Shown in pieces: positions 49,093 through 59,621 of a stretch of DNA of 64,000 nt (within the stretch, counting starts at the first letter, position 1; each line of letters begins with the position of its first letter). The DNA comes from Leptospiria bacterium. GTDB lineage: Bacteria; Spirochaetota; Leptospiria; Turneriellales; CBDBES01. Location of the stretch: the NCBI GenBank assembly GCA_965262015.1, contig OZ253494.1:1228178-1292177 (forward strand), in the 5' to 3' direction. The notes under the pieces were generated by a model. The model did no database searches and had not been told where the DNA came from. It worked only from the letters and a program-made list of their open reading frames with translations. Position numbers and translations under genes: made by a program.

Positions 49093-49909
49093 TATCTTCC
49101 TCTATACCTATAGGCTGATATGCATTGGGAACAAGTGTAGCCCATCTTTCTTTTAAAGTATGTTCATGGAAGTGATTTAAAGTACTATGCAATAATTTTG
49201 GGCTTACACGCAATCTTAATTTCCCAGAATAAGCTAGTGATAACGTGCCTGTCTCTTCTGACACAATAATCACTAAGACATCTGCTTCTTCTGATACACC
49301 TAGACCAGCCCTATGGCGAGAACCATGTGTACTACTTAATAGTATAGAATTTGACAAAGGTAAAAAGTTAGCTGCTGAAACAATGCCCTCATTATCAATA
49401 CATACCGCACCATCATGCAATGGATTCCCAGGATAAAAGATACTAATCAATAACTCCACACTAAGCTTAGCTCTCAACTTGATGCCCATCTCAATAATTT
49501 CATAAACCTCTTCTGTATTAGTCAAAACAAGCAGAGCACCTATCTTATGTGCTTGAAAATATTGTACAGCTTCTTCTATGATGATAAGACGATCACTATC
49601 TATATTTGGTGTTTTAGGCATCCATCGCAATACTCCCATCCTATAGAACATCTTCCGTAATTCTGGTTGTAAGATCAGTAAAATAGCAATAATAACATAG
49701 GAAGATGTTTTTTCAAATAGCCACTCAAGTGTTTCAAGATTGAGCCATTGTGCCACGACAAACACAAAAAACACAAGCAAAAAACCACTTAAGACTGGTA
49801 TGGCACGGGTATTTTTTATTAGACGATATACAACATATGCAATCGCAGTAATAAACAAGATATCAATGACTGCTGAGCCAATATTAACTAAGCCAAAATT
49901 AATCATCAA
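49085..49909 (-). CDS. cdaA: Diadenylate cyclase
   Basis: 3 TM segments, QPELR, LHDGA, GSRHRA, VSEETG. Confidence 0.93.
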   Translation of the reverse strand: MMINFGLVNIGSAVIDILFITAIAYVVYRLIKNTRAIPVLSGFLLVFFVFVVAQWLNLETLEWLFEKTSSYVIIAILLILQPELRKMFYRMGVLRWMPKTPNIDSDRLIIIEEAVQYFQAHKIGALLVLTNTEEVYEIIEMGIKLRAKLSVELLISIFYPGNPLHDGAVCIDNEGIVSAANFLPLSNSILLSSTHGSRHRAGLGVSEEADVLVIIVSEETGTLSLAYSGKLRLRVSPKLLHSTLNHFHEHTLKERWATLVPNAYQPIGIEEDNE

Positions 49910-49912
49910 ATA

Positions 49913-50713
49913 TTATTCTAAAGCAGATAAAAGACTTCTCATGTGCACAGTATCTTGTACGTCATGTACTCTTAATATATCAATATCTTTGGTACATGCG
50001 AGGTAAGTATGCAAGATTAAACTAGCACAACCTCTGTCCCTGACATTGTCGACATCTAATAACTTAGATATAAATGATTTTCTGGACAAACCAACCATAA
50101 CTGCATAACCATCCTGTTTTATTACATCTATCTCCTGGAGAAGTTTGATATTGTGTTCTGCTGTTTTACCAAAACCTATGCCAATATCCCATATAATGTT
50201 ATGAGACATAATCCCCTGTTGGTTAGCCTGCCGTGTTCTTAATCTTAAAAATTCTAGTACCTCATGAGTTACATTTGTATATTGAGGGTTAATCTGCATA
50301 TTTGTAAAACTACCTTGTGTATGCATAATCACTACTTTACTGCCGTAGGTAGCAATATTCTTTACCATTTCTGCACTCTGTAAGCCTTGCACATCATTGA
50401 TAGTACGTACGCCCATATCAAGTACTCGATTAGCAACTTCTGGCTTGTAAGTATCAATAGAAATTTTTTCACTAAATAGCTTATCGCCTATGCTTTGCTT
50501 AATGTCAGCTAAACTATTTTTTAATAAATTCCACTCATCTTCCCATGTGATAGGCTGAGAAAAAGGACGAGTACTTTCGGCACCAATATCTATCATATCA
50601 GCTCCACACTCCAAAAAATCATTTGCATACTTAATTACTTGGGGAGGGGTAATATATGAGTCAGGATAAAAAGAGTTTTTTGATAAATTGATAATACCCC
50701 ATATAGAGAACAT
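49913..50713 (-). CDS. folP: Dihydropteroate synthase
   Basis: IDIGAESTRP, SIDT, INDV, GIGFGK, SRKSF, RVHDV. Confidence 0.95.
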   Translation of the reverse strand: MFSIWGIINLSKNSFYPDSYITPPQVIKYANDFLECGADMIDIGAESTRPFSQPITWEDEWNLLKNSLADIKQSIGDKLFSEKISIDTYKPEVANRVLDMGVRTINDVQGLQSAEMVKNIATYGSKVVIMHTQGSFTNMQINPQYTNVTHEVLEFLRLRTRQANQQGIMSHNIIWDIGIGFGKTAEHNIKLLQEIDVIKQDGYAVMVGLSRKSFISKLLDVDNVRDRGCASLILHTYLACTKDIDILRVHDVQDTVHMRSLLSALE

Positions 50714-50716
50714 AAC

Positions 50717-51646
50717 CTATAAAATACCCCTAAACTCAATATGATGTTGTACTGTTTTGTCTAGAGGATTCTGGTCTACTGCGTAACCTATTGTGAGATA
50801 GTTGAAATCAAATAAGAGACCACCTGTAATATTACTACCATTTAAACCAACTAATAGTGATGTATAGCGAAAGATATTAATAGATACACCAACATTAGAA
50901 CGTATATTTTGTATATTAGTCACAACAGCATTAGCTCCAACATAAATTTTAATTGGAGTACGAAAAATACGAATAGCACCTGATAAACGTATAATCACAT
51001 CTAACGGAACATAGTTGGAAGCTGACGTAGTGTTTTGTATAATACCTATATTATGTAAACTAAAGCCAATCTCAAAGAACGAGGTAACGAACTGCATACC
51101 CATATCTATACCACCACCCGCTAACCTCACCTTCCCCAATTCTTCAGCTAAACCCATGATATTTACACCTGCTCTCCATGAACCAAACTCATAGGCATAG
51201 CCTAAATATCCAACAAACCATTGTGGCTTTTGAGTAGCATTAGCAATGCCTAGGGCATCTGTACTGTCCACATCTCTTATTTGGGCTCCTAAAAAACCAA
51301 CTCCAATTGTACCAATAGGCGAAGTTAGGCTTGTACCCACAAAAATCATTTCTGTTTGTAAAGAGAGAAACGACAAACTAGAATACAGCTCTGCATTAAA
51401 ATTTAATGGCTCTGCACTACCAGGGACATCCGCATTGTCATGAGTAGTTTCATTATTGTTGAGTTCATCATGAGAATGAGCTATACCTGCTGGATTCCAG
51501 TAAATAGATGCAGGGCCTGTAATACTAGCTGTGTAGGCTCCACCCAAAGCACGAACCTTGGCACCAATACCTAGATGCAAAGGAGGTATGGCTAATATTG
51601 AAGAAAAACAGCATAATAAAAAAAATTGACCTAAAAATAAACGCAT
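50717..51646 (-). CDS. PorV/PorQ (UPF0164, FadL-like) outer-membrane beta-barrel
   Basis: Signal peptide, then GIGAKVRALGGAYTA...ASIYWNPAGIA family signature. Confidence 0.78.
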   Translation of the reverse strand: MRLFLGQFFLLCCFSSILAIPPLHLGIGAKVRALGGAYTASITGPASIYWNPAGIAHSHDELNNNETTHDNADVPGSAEPLNFNAELYSSLSFLSLQTEMIFVGTSLTSPIGTIGVGFLGAQIRDVDSTDALGIANATQKPQWFVGYLGYAYEFGSWRAGVNIMGLAEELGKVRLAGGGIDMGMQFVTSFFEIGFSLHNIGIIQNTTSASNYVPLDVIIRLSGAIRIFRTPIKIYVGANAVVTNIQNIRSNVGVSINIFRYTSLLVGLNGSNITGGLLFDFNYLTIGYAVDQNPLDKTVQHHIEFRGIL

Positions 51647-51655
51647 ATTTAAAAA

Positions 51656-52057
51656 TTAGTTAATAATAATTTTTTCTACGGTTGTACCAACAGAATTAGT
51701 CTCCTTGATATATATAATCTTGATAAAATAAATCCCTGCAGGCACTCTATCGCCTCTACTATCTATACCAGCCCAACGTACTTCTTCTCCCTTATTAAAG
51801 GTTCTTGTAAAAACCGTGTCATTATATATATTAGAAATATTAATGACTACGTCACCATCTTTAGATAAAACTTGCTGTAAGGCACCACTCAATTTACGGC
51901 GGATATTAATAAAACTACTTACCTTTTTAGGAGTATATGGATTAGGGAATACAACAACGTCATCTAAAGTAAAATCAACCTTAGAACAAGATAACATCTG
52001 AGCTATAAAACACATGTAGATAACTAATTTAAATAATGGTAATATGATGCGTGTCAT
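51656..52057 (-). CDS. Small lipoprotein consisting of a FlgD-Ig / T9SS type-A sorting-domain-like fold
   Basis: MLS-C lipobox; VFPNPY, WAGIDSRGDRVPAGIYFIKI, terminal KIIIN. Confidence 0.72.
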   Translation of the reverse strand: MTRIILPLFKLVIYMCFIAQMLSCSKVDFTLDDVVVFPNPYTPKKVSSFINIRRKLSGALQQVLSKDGDVVINISNIYNDTVFTRTFNKGEEVRWAGIDSRGDRVPAGIYFIKIIYIKETNSVGTTVEKIIIN

Positions 52058-52218
52058 TTGAAAGCGATATATTTTACACCCTTGATGAAGTATCTCACCA
52101 CAAAAGATTGCACTCGTTTTGAAACTGATGCAATGATGCCTGCTTATCCGATAAAAGTAAGTGACAACATGTCAATTGTAATTTCTACTTGTGAAAATCA
52201 AGGATTATTGAATCGATT

Positions 52219-53121
52219 ATGTCACTACAAGGTGTTTATACTGCACTCATCACACCCTTCCATGAAAATAACCAAATTGACTGGGAGAACCTTGATAGCC
52301 TGATCAAAACACAAATAAATAATGATATAGCAGGTCTTGTACCCTGTGGTTCTACTGGTGAAAGCCCAACACTCACCCATAACGAGCATAGAGAATGTAT
52401 TGCGAAAACCATTGAAATTGCAAAAGCATATAATCCTGCAGTTACTATTATAGCTGGTGCGGGTTCTAATTCAACCACGGAAGCCATTGTGCTTAGCCAA
52501 GCAGCCGAAAAAGATGGAGCTGATTACATATTATCTGTCACACCTTACTACAATAAACCCACACAAGAAGGGCTATATAAACATTTTTCTAGGATCGCTG
52601 ATTCTGTAAATATACCTATCATTCTATACAATATTCCGGGACGCACTGGAACGCTTATTTCTCTTGAAACAACATCTAATCTTGCACAGCATCCTAATAT
52701 TTGTGGCGTAAAAGATGCAACAGGCGACATTAATTTTATGACACAAACGATACTTGCTACACAAGAAGAAAAATTCGTTTTATTATCAGGAGATGATAAC
52801 CTACTACTGCCAATACTATCAATAGGCGGCTGTGGAATAATTAGTGTGGCTTCAAATATCATTCCTCAACTTCTCTCGCACATTGTAAATAAATATCTAT
52901 CTGGTGATATAGTAAGTGCGAAAGAACGATTTTTGGAAATATTTCCTTTGTGTGCTGCACTATTTTGCGAGACTAATCCAATACCTATTAAACATGCTGC
53001 ATCTCTGTTAGGGTTTTGTAGAGATCAATTACGACTACCACTCACTAGATTAACTGAGGCTCACAAAGAAGTCATACACAATGCCATGGTTAAATTAAAC
53101 TTATTAGAATCTATGAAATAA
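52219..53121 (+). CDS. dapA: 4-hydroxy-tetrahydrodipicolinate synthase
   Basis: GSTGES, PYYNKP, YNIPGRTG, GVKDA, ETNPIPIK. Confidence 0.97.
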   Translation: MSLQGVYTALITPFHENNQIDWENLDSLIKTQINNDIAGLVPCGSTGESPTLTHNEHRECIAKTIEIAKAYNPAVTIIAGAGSNSTTEAIVLSQAAEKDGADYILSVTPYYNKPTQEGLYKHFSRIADSVNIPIILYNIPGRTGTLISLETTSNLAQHPNICGVKDATGDINFMTQTILATQEEKFVLLSGDDNLLLPILSIGGCGIISVASNIIPQLLSHIVNKYLSGDIVSAKERFLEIFPLCAALFCETNPIPIKHAASLLGFCRDQLRLPLTRLTEAHKEVIHNAMVKLNLLESMK

Positions 53122-53125
53122 TAAT

Positions 53126-53929
53126 ATGAAATTTGCTATTATAGGTGCAATGGGAAGAATGGGACAGGCCATTGCCAACCTTTCCGTAAAACATCCAGAA
53201 TTACAACTAACCACAGCTATTGAGCAAAAAGAACACCCTCATTTAGGACAACATTACGGAAAATTATTATCTAATTATGATATCGACATACCTCTTATTG
53301 CTATGGAAGATATTGCACATCATGACCTGGAGGGTATAATTGATTTCTCTTCACCTACGTCCACTATACAGATACTAGAATATGCTTTAAACTACAATAT
53401 CCCAGTAGTGGTAGGTACTACTGGAATGTTGAGCGAGCAAAGTGCTTTAATGAAGACATACTCTAAGCGTATACCTATATTATATTCTTCAAACATGTCT
53501 CTAGGAGTGAATATGTTATTTTACTTAACGAGAAAATGTGCAAATATTTTGGAAAAATTTTCTTTTGAACCAGAAATAATTGAAAAACATCATAAGCTAA
53601 AAAAGGATTCGCCTTCAGGTACAGCTCATACATTAGCCAGTATTATTCTCGAAGAATATGGTTGGTTAGAAAAAGACATAGTCCATGGAAGAGAAGGTCA
53701 CATCAAAAATAAACCAGTAAAAGAGCTGGGTATGCACGCCATCCGAGGTGGGAATATTGTAGGCGATCATGATGTGCTCTTTATCCAAGATAATGAGTAC
53801 ATCACTTTATCACACCATGCTAGTGATAGAAATGTTTTTGCGGTGGGTGCCTTGCAAGCTTTGTTATTCATACAAAACCAACCACCCAAGTTATACCACA
53901 TGCTTGATGTCTTAGAATTTGACTTATAA
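53126..53929 (+). CDS. dapB: 4-hydroxy-tetrahydrodipicolinate reductase
   Basis: [33 protein letters not shown]. Confidence 0.96.
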   Translation: MKFAIIGAMGRMGQAIANLSVKHPELQLTTAIEQKEHPHLGQHYGKLLSNYDIDIPLIAMEDIAHHDLEGIIDFSSPTSTIQILEYALNYNIPVVVGTTGMLSEQSALMKTYSKRIPILYSSNMSLGVNMLFYLTRKCANILEKFSFEPEIIEKHHKLKKDSPSGTAHTLASIILEEYGWLEKDIVHGREGHIKNKPVKELGMHAIRGGNIVGDHDVLFIQDNEYITLSHHASDRNVFAVGALQALLFIQNQPPKLYHMLDVLEFDL

Positions 53930-53933
53930 TGTA

Positions 53934-55229
53934 ATGGAAAAATTTGTAATACAAGGTAAAAAACCCATAACAGGCACTATTACTCCCCAGGGTAATAAAA
54001 ATGAAACGCTTCCTATTTTATGTGCCAGCATTATGAATCAGCATGAAGTACATATTCAGAATGTCCCTTGTATCGCTGATATCAAACAACTCATTAAAAT
54101 TTTACGCTATTTAAAAGTAGAGGTAAATACAAAAAATGATTTCGAATCCCTTGTAGTTAAAACAAATAAATTAGAATATAGCATACTACCTAAGGAGATG
54201 GTACACAGTTTACGTGGCTCGGTAACATTATTAGCTCCTCTACTAGCCAGATGCGGCAAAGTTTTTTTACCTAAGCCTGGTGGGGACAAGATTGGAAGAA
54301 GAAGAATTGATACTCACTTACTTGCCTTATCCTCTCTAGGTACTCAAATACAAATTACTCCTGAAGGATATAACTTACAAATAAAAGAAATAGTAGGGTG
54401 TAATATTTTGTTGGACGAAATGTCCGTAACAGCAACAGAGAATGCAGTAATGTTAGCCTCCGTGGCCAAAGGAACAACAGTTATTGAAAATGCTGCCTCA
54501 GAACCACATGTGCAGGGGATTTGTCATTTTTTACAAAAACAGGGCGTTAACATCCAGGGTATAGGTAGTAATCATTTAACTATTCATGGGGTAGAGGGCT
54601 ATGAGAACCTGGGACCTACAAGCCATACAATAGGTACTGACTACCTAGAAGTTGGCTGTTTCATTGCAATAGCAGCCCTAACAGGTGGCACCTTGTCTAT
54701 AAGCAATGTCAATGTAAAAGAGATGAGAATGATTGATCTTTGCTTTAGAAGATTGGGGATAGAAATAGAATATGAAGATTATTACATACATGTAAAACCT
54801 AATCAAAAACTCAACATACAATCTGATGCACATGAGCAAATACCAAAAATTGATGATGCCCCGTGGCCAGGCTTCCCTGCTGATATGATATCCATAGCCT
54901 TGGTTATTGCCACCCAAGCTACTGGAAATATACTAATACATCAAAAACTTTTTGAAAGTAGATTGTTTTTTACAGATAAATTAATAAGTATGGGTGCTAA
55001 AATAGTTTTATGTGATCCACATCGTGCTATGATTATTGGACCCACAGCATTGCAAGGTGCTACACTTTCTTCTCCTGATATTCGTGCTGGCATGGCTCTT
55101 CTTATCGCAGCCCTATGTGCCGAAGGTAAATCTGTTATTCATAATATCTTCCAAATTGATCGCGGCTACAAGCAAATTGACCAACGCTTACGCAAGTTAG
55201 GGGCAGACATACAACGCATTAAATTATAG
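53934..55229 (+). CDS. murA: UDP-N-acetylglucosamine 1-carboxyvinyltransferase (Asp-type)
   Basis: [42 protein letters not shown]; ATG at 53934. Confidence 0.96.
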   Translation: MEKFVIQGKKPITGTITPQGNKNETLPILCASIMNQHEVHIQNVPCIADIKQLIKILRYLKVEVNTKNDFESLVVKTNKLEYSILPKEMVHSLRGSVTLLAPLLARCGKVFLPKPGGDKIGRRRIDTHLLALSSLGTQIQITPEGYNLQIKEIVGCNILLDEMSVTATENAVMLASVAKGTTVIENAASEPHVQGICHFLQKQGVNIQGIGSNHLTIHGVEGYENLGPTSHTIGTDYLEVGCFIAIAALTGGTLSISNVNVKEMRMIDLCFRRLGIEIEYEDYYIHVKPNQKLNIQSDAHEQIPKIDDAPWPGFPADMISIALVIATQATGNILIHQKLFESRLFFTDKLISMGAKIVLCDPHRAMIIGPTALQGATLSSPDIRAGMALLIAALCAEGKSVIHNIFQIDRGYKQIDQRLRKLGADIQRIKL

Positions 55230-55232
55230 TAA

Positions 55233-55631
55233 TTACTGTGTAGGTTGAGAAACACAAATTTCTGATAAAATAGCAACTAATCTGCTAGCTAATATAGGTT
55301 TTTTAATCCAGGCATCTGCCTCTATTTCCTTAAGAGAAGATCGTACTAATTCACCTTCCAAAGCACTTAATGCAATAACTGGGATAGTGTGGTATTGTTT
55401 ATATTGTTCTTTATTTTTTAACATCCATATAAGATTATAGCCCGAAACCTCTGGCATCAATAAATCACATAAAACAATATCAGGCATCAGTAATTTATTG
55501 TGTAGTGCTGAAATAAACTCCAGACCATTATCATATGAAAAAACTTTAAAACCTGCTTGTTCTAAAGTTTTTTTAATAAAGTATAAAAAAGATGGATCAT
55601 CGTCAATGCATGCAACATTTTTAATAGTCAT
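55233..55631 (-). CDS. Single-domain response regulator (CheY-like)
   Basis: IDDD, PDIVLCDLLMP, LSA, KKP; purine-rich RBS before ATG 55631. Confidence 0.9.
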   Translation of the reverse strand: MTIKNVACIDDDPSFLYFIKKTLEQAGFKVFSYDNGLEFISALHNKLLMPDIVLCDLLMPEVSGYNLIWMLKNKEQYKQYHTIPVIALSALEGELVRSSLKEIEADAWIKKPILASRLVAILSEICVSQPTQ

Positions 55632-55691
55632 AAACAACCCCCTCAAATTATAGTATAATGAGACTCAACGTAATGTATAAAGCCAACAATA

Positions 55692-56915
55692 TTATTTAAA
55701 ATTAATCTTACCTGTTTCTGTATGGTATTCTACCATCTCTAAGATATTTTCAGGTAGGGTTTCTTTTGCATCATGACTTTGTATATAGTTGATTAACTCC
55801 TGAAGGTTATGGGGAAAGTGACCATGGCTGAGTTTATAGTCTAAAATATATTTTTCTAGCTTGTCTATAACTTGCTGATATATTTTTTGTAATTCTCTTT
55901 CATGGGCTCTAGTACTGCGTTTAAATTTATCCTTAAAGTTATCATACAAAAAAGTTATCTTTAGATTAACCTGATGTCCATGGTCAAGTTCCCCGCCAGG
56001 ATGAAAATTATAATCTATTTGTATTGAATATAGATCATTATCCATGTACTGTATCCCACACCCCATATTAAAATCTGTGCGTTGATAGTCTCTTGATAGA
56101 CCACCCCTAATAAATACAAGATTAAAGAACTTATATTCTACCCCGCTTGAATAAATAAAATTATCACTTAACTCGCTCTTTGTAAAATAGAATTTTATAT
56201 TAGTTAATAGAGTCAATGTATGCAAGTTGAGAGATAAAGCCTGCCAAGATAAACCTATCTGAGTTGCATACGGCAAGTTATTCTTGGTATTTAAATAAGT
56301 TAAAGGCAAACCTAAATTTGTGAAGGATAATGAAATCAGCAAAATATCCCCAATATAATTGGTATATTGAGTGAGAATGGGAATAGTAACAGGAAACAAA
56401 GCACCTATATTAAAAGCAAAAGAAAAGGTATCAAAAGTAAATAGACGGCTATAATATAAATTTAACCCAATGCCAAGATGCCACTGATATTTTTTAAAAC
56501 GAAAACTCTTTGCAGACATTAGACCAATCTGGATGCTATAAATAGAGTTTGCACCAATAATAAAACCCTCGTTATCAATTTCTTCAAAAATATATGGAAT
56601 ATGTAAATCTAGAAGAAAACCTACAGGATAATTATAAAACCGTTTAGAGCCTAAAAGACCAAAATATCGATTAACAAAAGGACCTTGATCAAATTTAGTA
56701 GCTAGTTCAATATCATGTGTAAAAATAAGTTGAGCTGGATTATGCTTCGCATAGAGAAGTCCTCCATTTGGTAAAGTAATACCTGTACCTGCTAAAGACT
56801 GGTTAGAGGCTGAAAAAATTTGATCAAGTAACAAACCTGTATGTACGGGGACACCCCATACATACAAAGTTTGTGTAAAAAAATAAGTATATATCAGTAA
56901 CCACTTACTCTTTAT
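55692..56915 (-). CDS. Divergent PorV/UPF0164-like beta-barrel with a C-terminal helical tail
   Basis: SASNQSLAGTG...NPAQL, FNIGAL, SLSFTNLG, GVEY....VFIRGG; ORF-track start is TTG 56867 but the frame extends to ATA 56915, giving a signal peptide. Confidence 0.62.
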   Translation of the reverse strand: MKSKWLLIYTYFFTQTLYVWGVPVHTGLLLDQIFSASNQSLAGTGITLPNGGLLYAKHNPAQLIFTHDIELATKFDQGPFVNRYFGLLGSKRFYNYPVGFLLDLHIPYIFEEIDNEGFIIGANSIYSIQIGLMSAKSFRFKKYQWHLGIGLNLYYSRLFTFDTFSFAFNIGALFPVTIPILTQYTNYIGDILLISLSFTNLGLPLTYLNTKNNLPYATQIGLSWQALSLNLHTLTLLTNIKFYFTKSELSDNFIYSSGVEYKFFNLVFIRGGLSRDYQRTDFNMGCGIQYMDNDLYSIQIDYNFHPGGELDHGHQVNLKITFLYDNFKDKFKRSTRAHERELQKIYQQVIDKLEKYILDYKLSHGHFPHNLQELINYIQSHDAKETLPENILEMVEYHTETGKINFK

Positions 56916-59455
56916 AATTGTCTTAATACAACCTCCACTCTTCGATTAGCAGAAAAAACTCTGCCTTGATTATCTTGTACAATAGGCGATGTCTCACCTT
57001 TACTATGAATTTTAATCTTATGCTTAATCCCTAACCCGAGTAAGTAATCCTGAACAAACATAGCTCTTTGGTAAGATAAACTCAGATTATATTTATCTGT
57101 ACCTTGTGTGTCAGCATACCCATGTATAATAATTTGCACATTTTTGGTGGATTTAATGAGATGGCTTATAGTTTGAAGCATCACTAGTGCACTGTTATTA
57201 GGCGTCACACTACCTGATGAAAAATAAATAGCAGGAAATCGAAGGTTTGGATCTAGTAAAGTAATACCATTTGAAAGAATTGGTTTCATAGGATAGGTGA
57301 AGATAGTAAGCGTATTAGAGCTACCTTGATTACCTGCGACATCTGTTATTAACAGCATTATCTTAAAGTATCTCTGATTTTCTAAAAGCAGAGCACCTTC
57401 ATTAGAACCATCCCATATAATGAAAGGAGGTAAAAAACCAGAGCCAGATATCCTCTTAATTGTATCTCCTAACTCATTAGTAATATGTAGCCTGTAGCTA
57501 CTTAATATAAGATCATGGTAAGATCGAATATATATTTTGGTAGTTTCATTTTGTGAGTTATTATCTGGAGTAAAACCCTCATCATTCGCCCATATACTAA
57601 CATGTAAATTATGTTTTGCGAGATGAACAAGATGAGGTATACTTTCAGCATGCGTTTTATCTGTAAAATTTAAGCGCAATATAATTATATACTGCCCCAC
57701 ATCTTCTGCAAACCCCTTTGTATTTAAACCATTCCATGTAAATTGTTTAGATAGATTATTCTTACCATGCTGACGCATGACTAATGTATGTGTTTCTTTA
57801 CTAAAACATACAAGCTCCCAAGACGCAATTATTTTATTTTTAGGCCATTCCGCAAACATAGGTAAAGCATCTCTAACACCATCTCCATTAGGTGAAAAAA
57901 AATCATAAGCAAAAGTTAACCTAACATCTGGTTTATGCTTAATCACATAAACAGGATGGGTTATTTGAGACCATCGATTTAAATACTTATCTATAGCAGT
58001 AATTTTAAAATGAAAAGAATCACCATCATCGAATTTATAGGCACGAAAAAATGTATCACCTAGCATTGTTCTTTGATTGATGGAGTGAATAATACGAGTA
58101 CCCATTTTATGATTATTTTTATACATTGTAATTTCATAGAATTTAATTTTACTCTTAGCCGTAAGATAGCATGTAAATTTATAGAAGTTATCCAGAGATA
58201 GATAATGATCAGTAATATGATAAAAGAATTTAGGTTCTGAAGTAGACAATTGTATCATCCCTAAAAACCACTGTTTTACTATTTTATTATTAGATAACTG
58301 TGCTTGGAATTCTATGGAATAATTACCATCCGGAGCAATATTACCATTAGCATTTCTCCCATTCCATACTATAGTTTTAGGAAAATTAAATTCTCCTTCC
58401 CCATTAAGACTTAGAGTATCCGGCTTAATAATTGCAATTATATTACCTCGTGAATCTTTAATAACCACATTCCATAATCTTATTGTTGAATAATCAGAGT
58501 GATTAAAGTTAATTGTCAAAAAATCATGTAAGCCATTCGCATTTGGCGTGATATAATCTTTAGGATGCATAGTATAACTGATCTCTGTATTACTAGATGT
58601 TGCTTGATGGGATGCAATAAAATCATGAGAAACATAGGTATTAAAATTAATTTCATGATTCTGCTGGAAAATATTAAAGCGCTTTTGGTTATAAGCCAAA
58701 GAGAAACCCAATGTAGCAAAATTCCAAGTTTTCTGGCTTTGTATACTTATACCCCAATCATGATATTGATTGAACAGATTATGTCGTAGATAAACTTGTA
58801 AACCCGCAAAATGAAGCAGAGATAAGCCTAATCCATGAAAAATTAGAAATGAAGAAAAGTTGCTATATGTTATCATTCGGTTGATATAATACATAGAAAT
58901 GATGGAAGTTTTAAAAAAAGTAAGACGATTCGTAAGAAGAAGCTTATTAACTATATTATTGAGTACATCACGTTGGGTAGATATCTGCATAAGTAGATCC
59001 GTTGTCACCGCATACAAACCTATAGAGCCTATAATAGGCTTGGCCAATAATATAGTATTGTAAACTAAACCTGATACAATAAAAAATATTTTTTTATCAT
59101 TCTCTAATACACATTGTAATCCTAGACCCCAAGAGAAGTGTGGACTGATTTTATTCATCGTGTAAACATTGATACCCTCGAAAGATGTAAAATTTAGTAG
59201 AGATGCATTAAAAAAAAATTGCTGTTGTTTATAAGAAGTACCAGAAAAAATATTTAATACGTTATTTGTTTTATTTGTCAAAATATTTATATGACTACCC
59301 ATAATAAAACTTTGAAATTGCCCTGCCAACAAAGCAGGATTAAGCTGTGTTGGTTCATAAATATTTTGGTATCTTGACGCTACATATTCACTACCATAGA
59401 GATATGTGTTGTGCAGAAATAACCATACACTTAATATTAAAATTAACATAATCAT
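56912..59455 (-). CDS. Exported protein with repeated FlgD/CHU_C-like Ig domains and a C-terminal OmpA peptidoglycan-binding domain
   Basis: ITPNANG, FSPNGDG and FTPDNNS motifs each followed by W[ND]G; HGYAD..G...YNLSLS.QRA...NRRVE. Confidence 0.85.
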   Translation of the reverse strand: MIMLILILSVWLFLHNTYLYGSEYVASRYQNIYEPTQLNPALLAGQFQSFIMGSHINILTNKTNNVLNIFSGTSYKQQQFFFNASLLNFTSFEGINVYTMNKISPHFSWGLGLQCVLENDKKIFFIVSGLVYNTILLAKPIIGSIGLYAVTTDLLMQISTQRDVLNNIVNKLLLTNRLTFFKTSIISMYYINRMITYSNFSSFLIFHGLGLSLLHFAGLQVYLRHNLFNQYHDWGISIQSQKTWNFATLGFSLAYNQKRFNIFQQNHEINFNTYVSHDFIASHQATSSNTEISYTMHPKDYITPNANGLHDFLTINFNHSDYSTIRLWNVVIKDSRGNIIAIIKPDTLSLNGEGEFNFPKTIVWNGRNANGNIAPDGNYSIEFQAQLSNNKIVKQWFLGMIQLSTSEPKFFYHITDHYLSLDNFYKFTCYLTAKSKIKFYEITMYKNNHKMGTRIIHSINQRTMLGDTFFRAYKFDDGDSFHFKITAIDKYLNRWSQITHPVYVIKHKPDVRLTFAYDFFSPNGDGVRDALPMFAEWPKNKIIASWELVCFSKETHTLVMRQHGKNNLSKQFTWNGLNTKGFAEDVGQYIIILRLNFTDKTHAESIPHLVHLAKHNLHVSIWANDEGFTPDNNSQNETTKIYIRSYHDLILSSYRLHITNELGDTIKRISGSGFLPPFIIWDGSNEGALLLENQRYFKIMLLITDVAGNQGSSNTLTIFTYPMKPILSNGITLLDPNLRFPAIYFSSGSVTPNNSALVMLQTISHLIKSTKNVQIIIHGYADTQGTDKYNLSLSYQRAMFVQDYLLGLGIKHKIKIHSKGETSPIVQDNQGRVFSANRRVEVVLRQL

Positions 59456-59621
59456 TTTTAGATTTTCTAAATATGATAAAAATTCTTTGTGGAAGTTAGG
59501 AAACGGTACACTAAATACCGACCGGTAAGCGGAGGAGTTGTTAAGAGAATATGGTTAGCTCGTAGGGATTATCCTAAAATTGACTATACAATATATTGTC
59601 AATCTTTTATTTGCAAACAAT

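Noticed and set aside
52058-52303. 81-aa ORF in the divergent spacer before dapA
   Set aside because: TTG start, overlaps dapA and occupies the promoter region.
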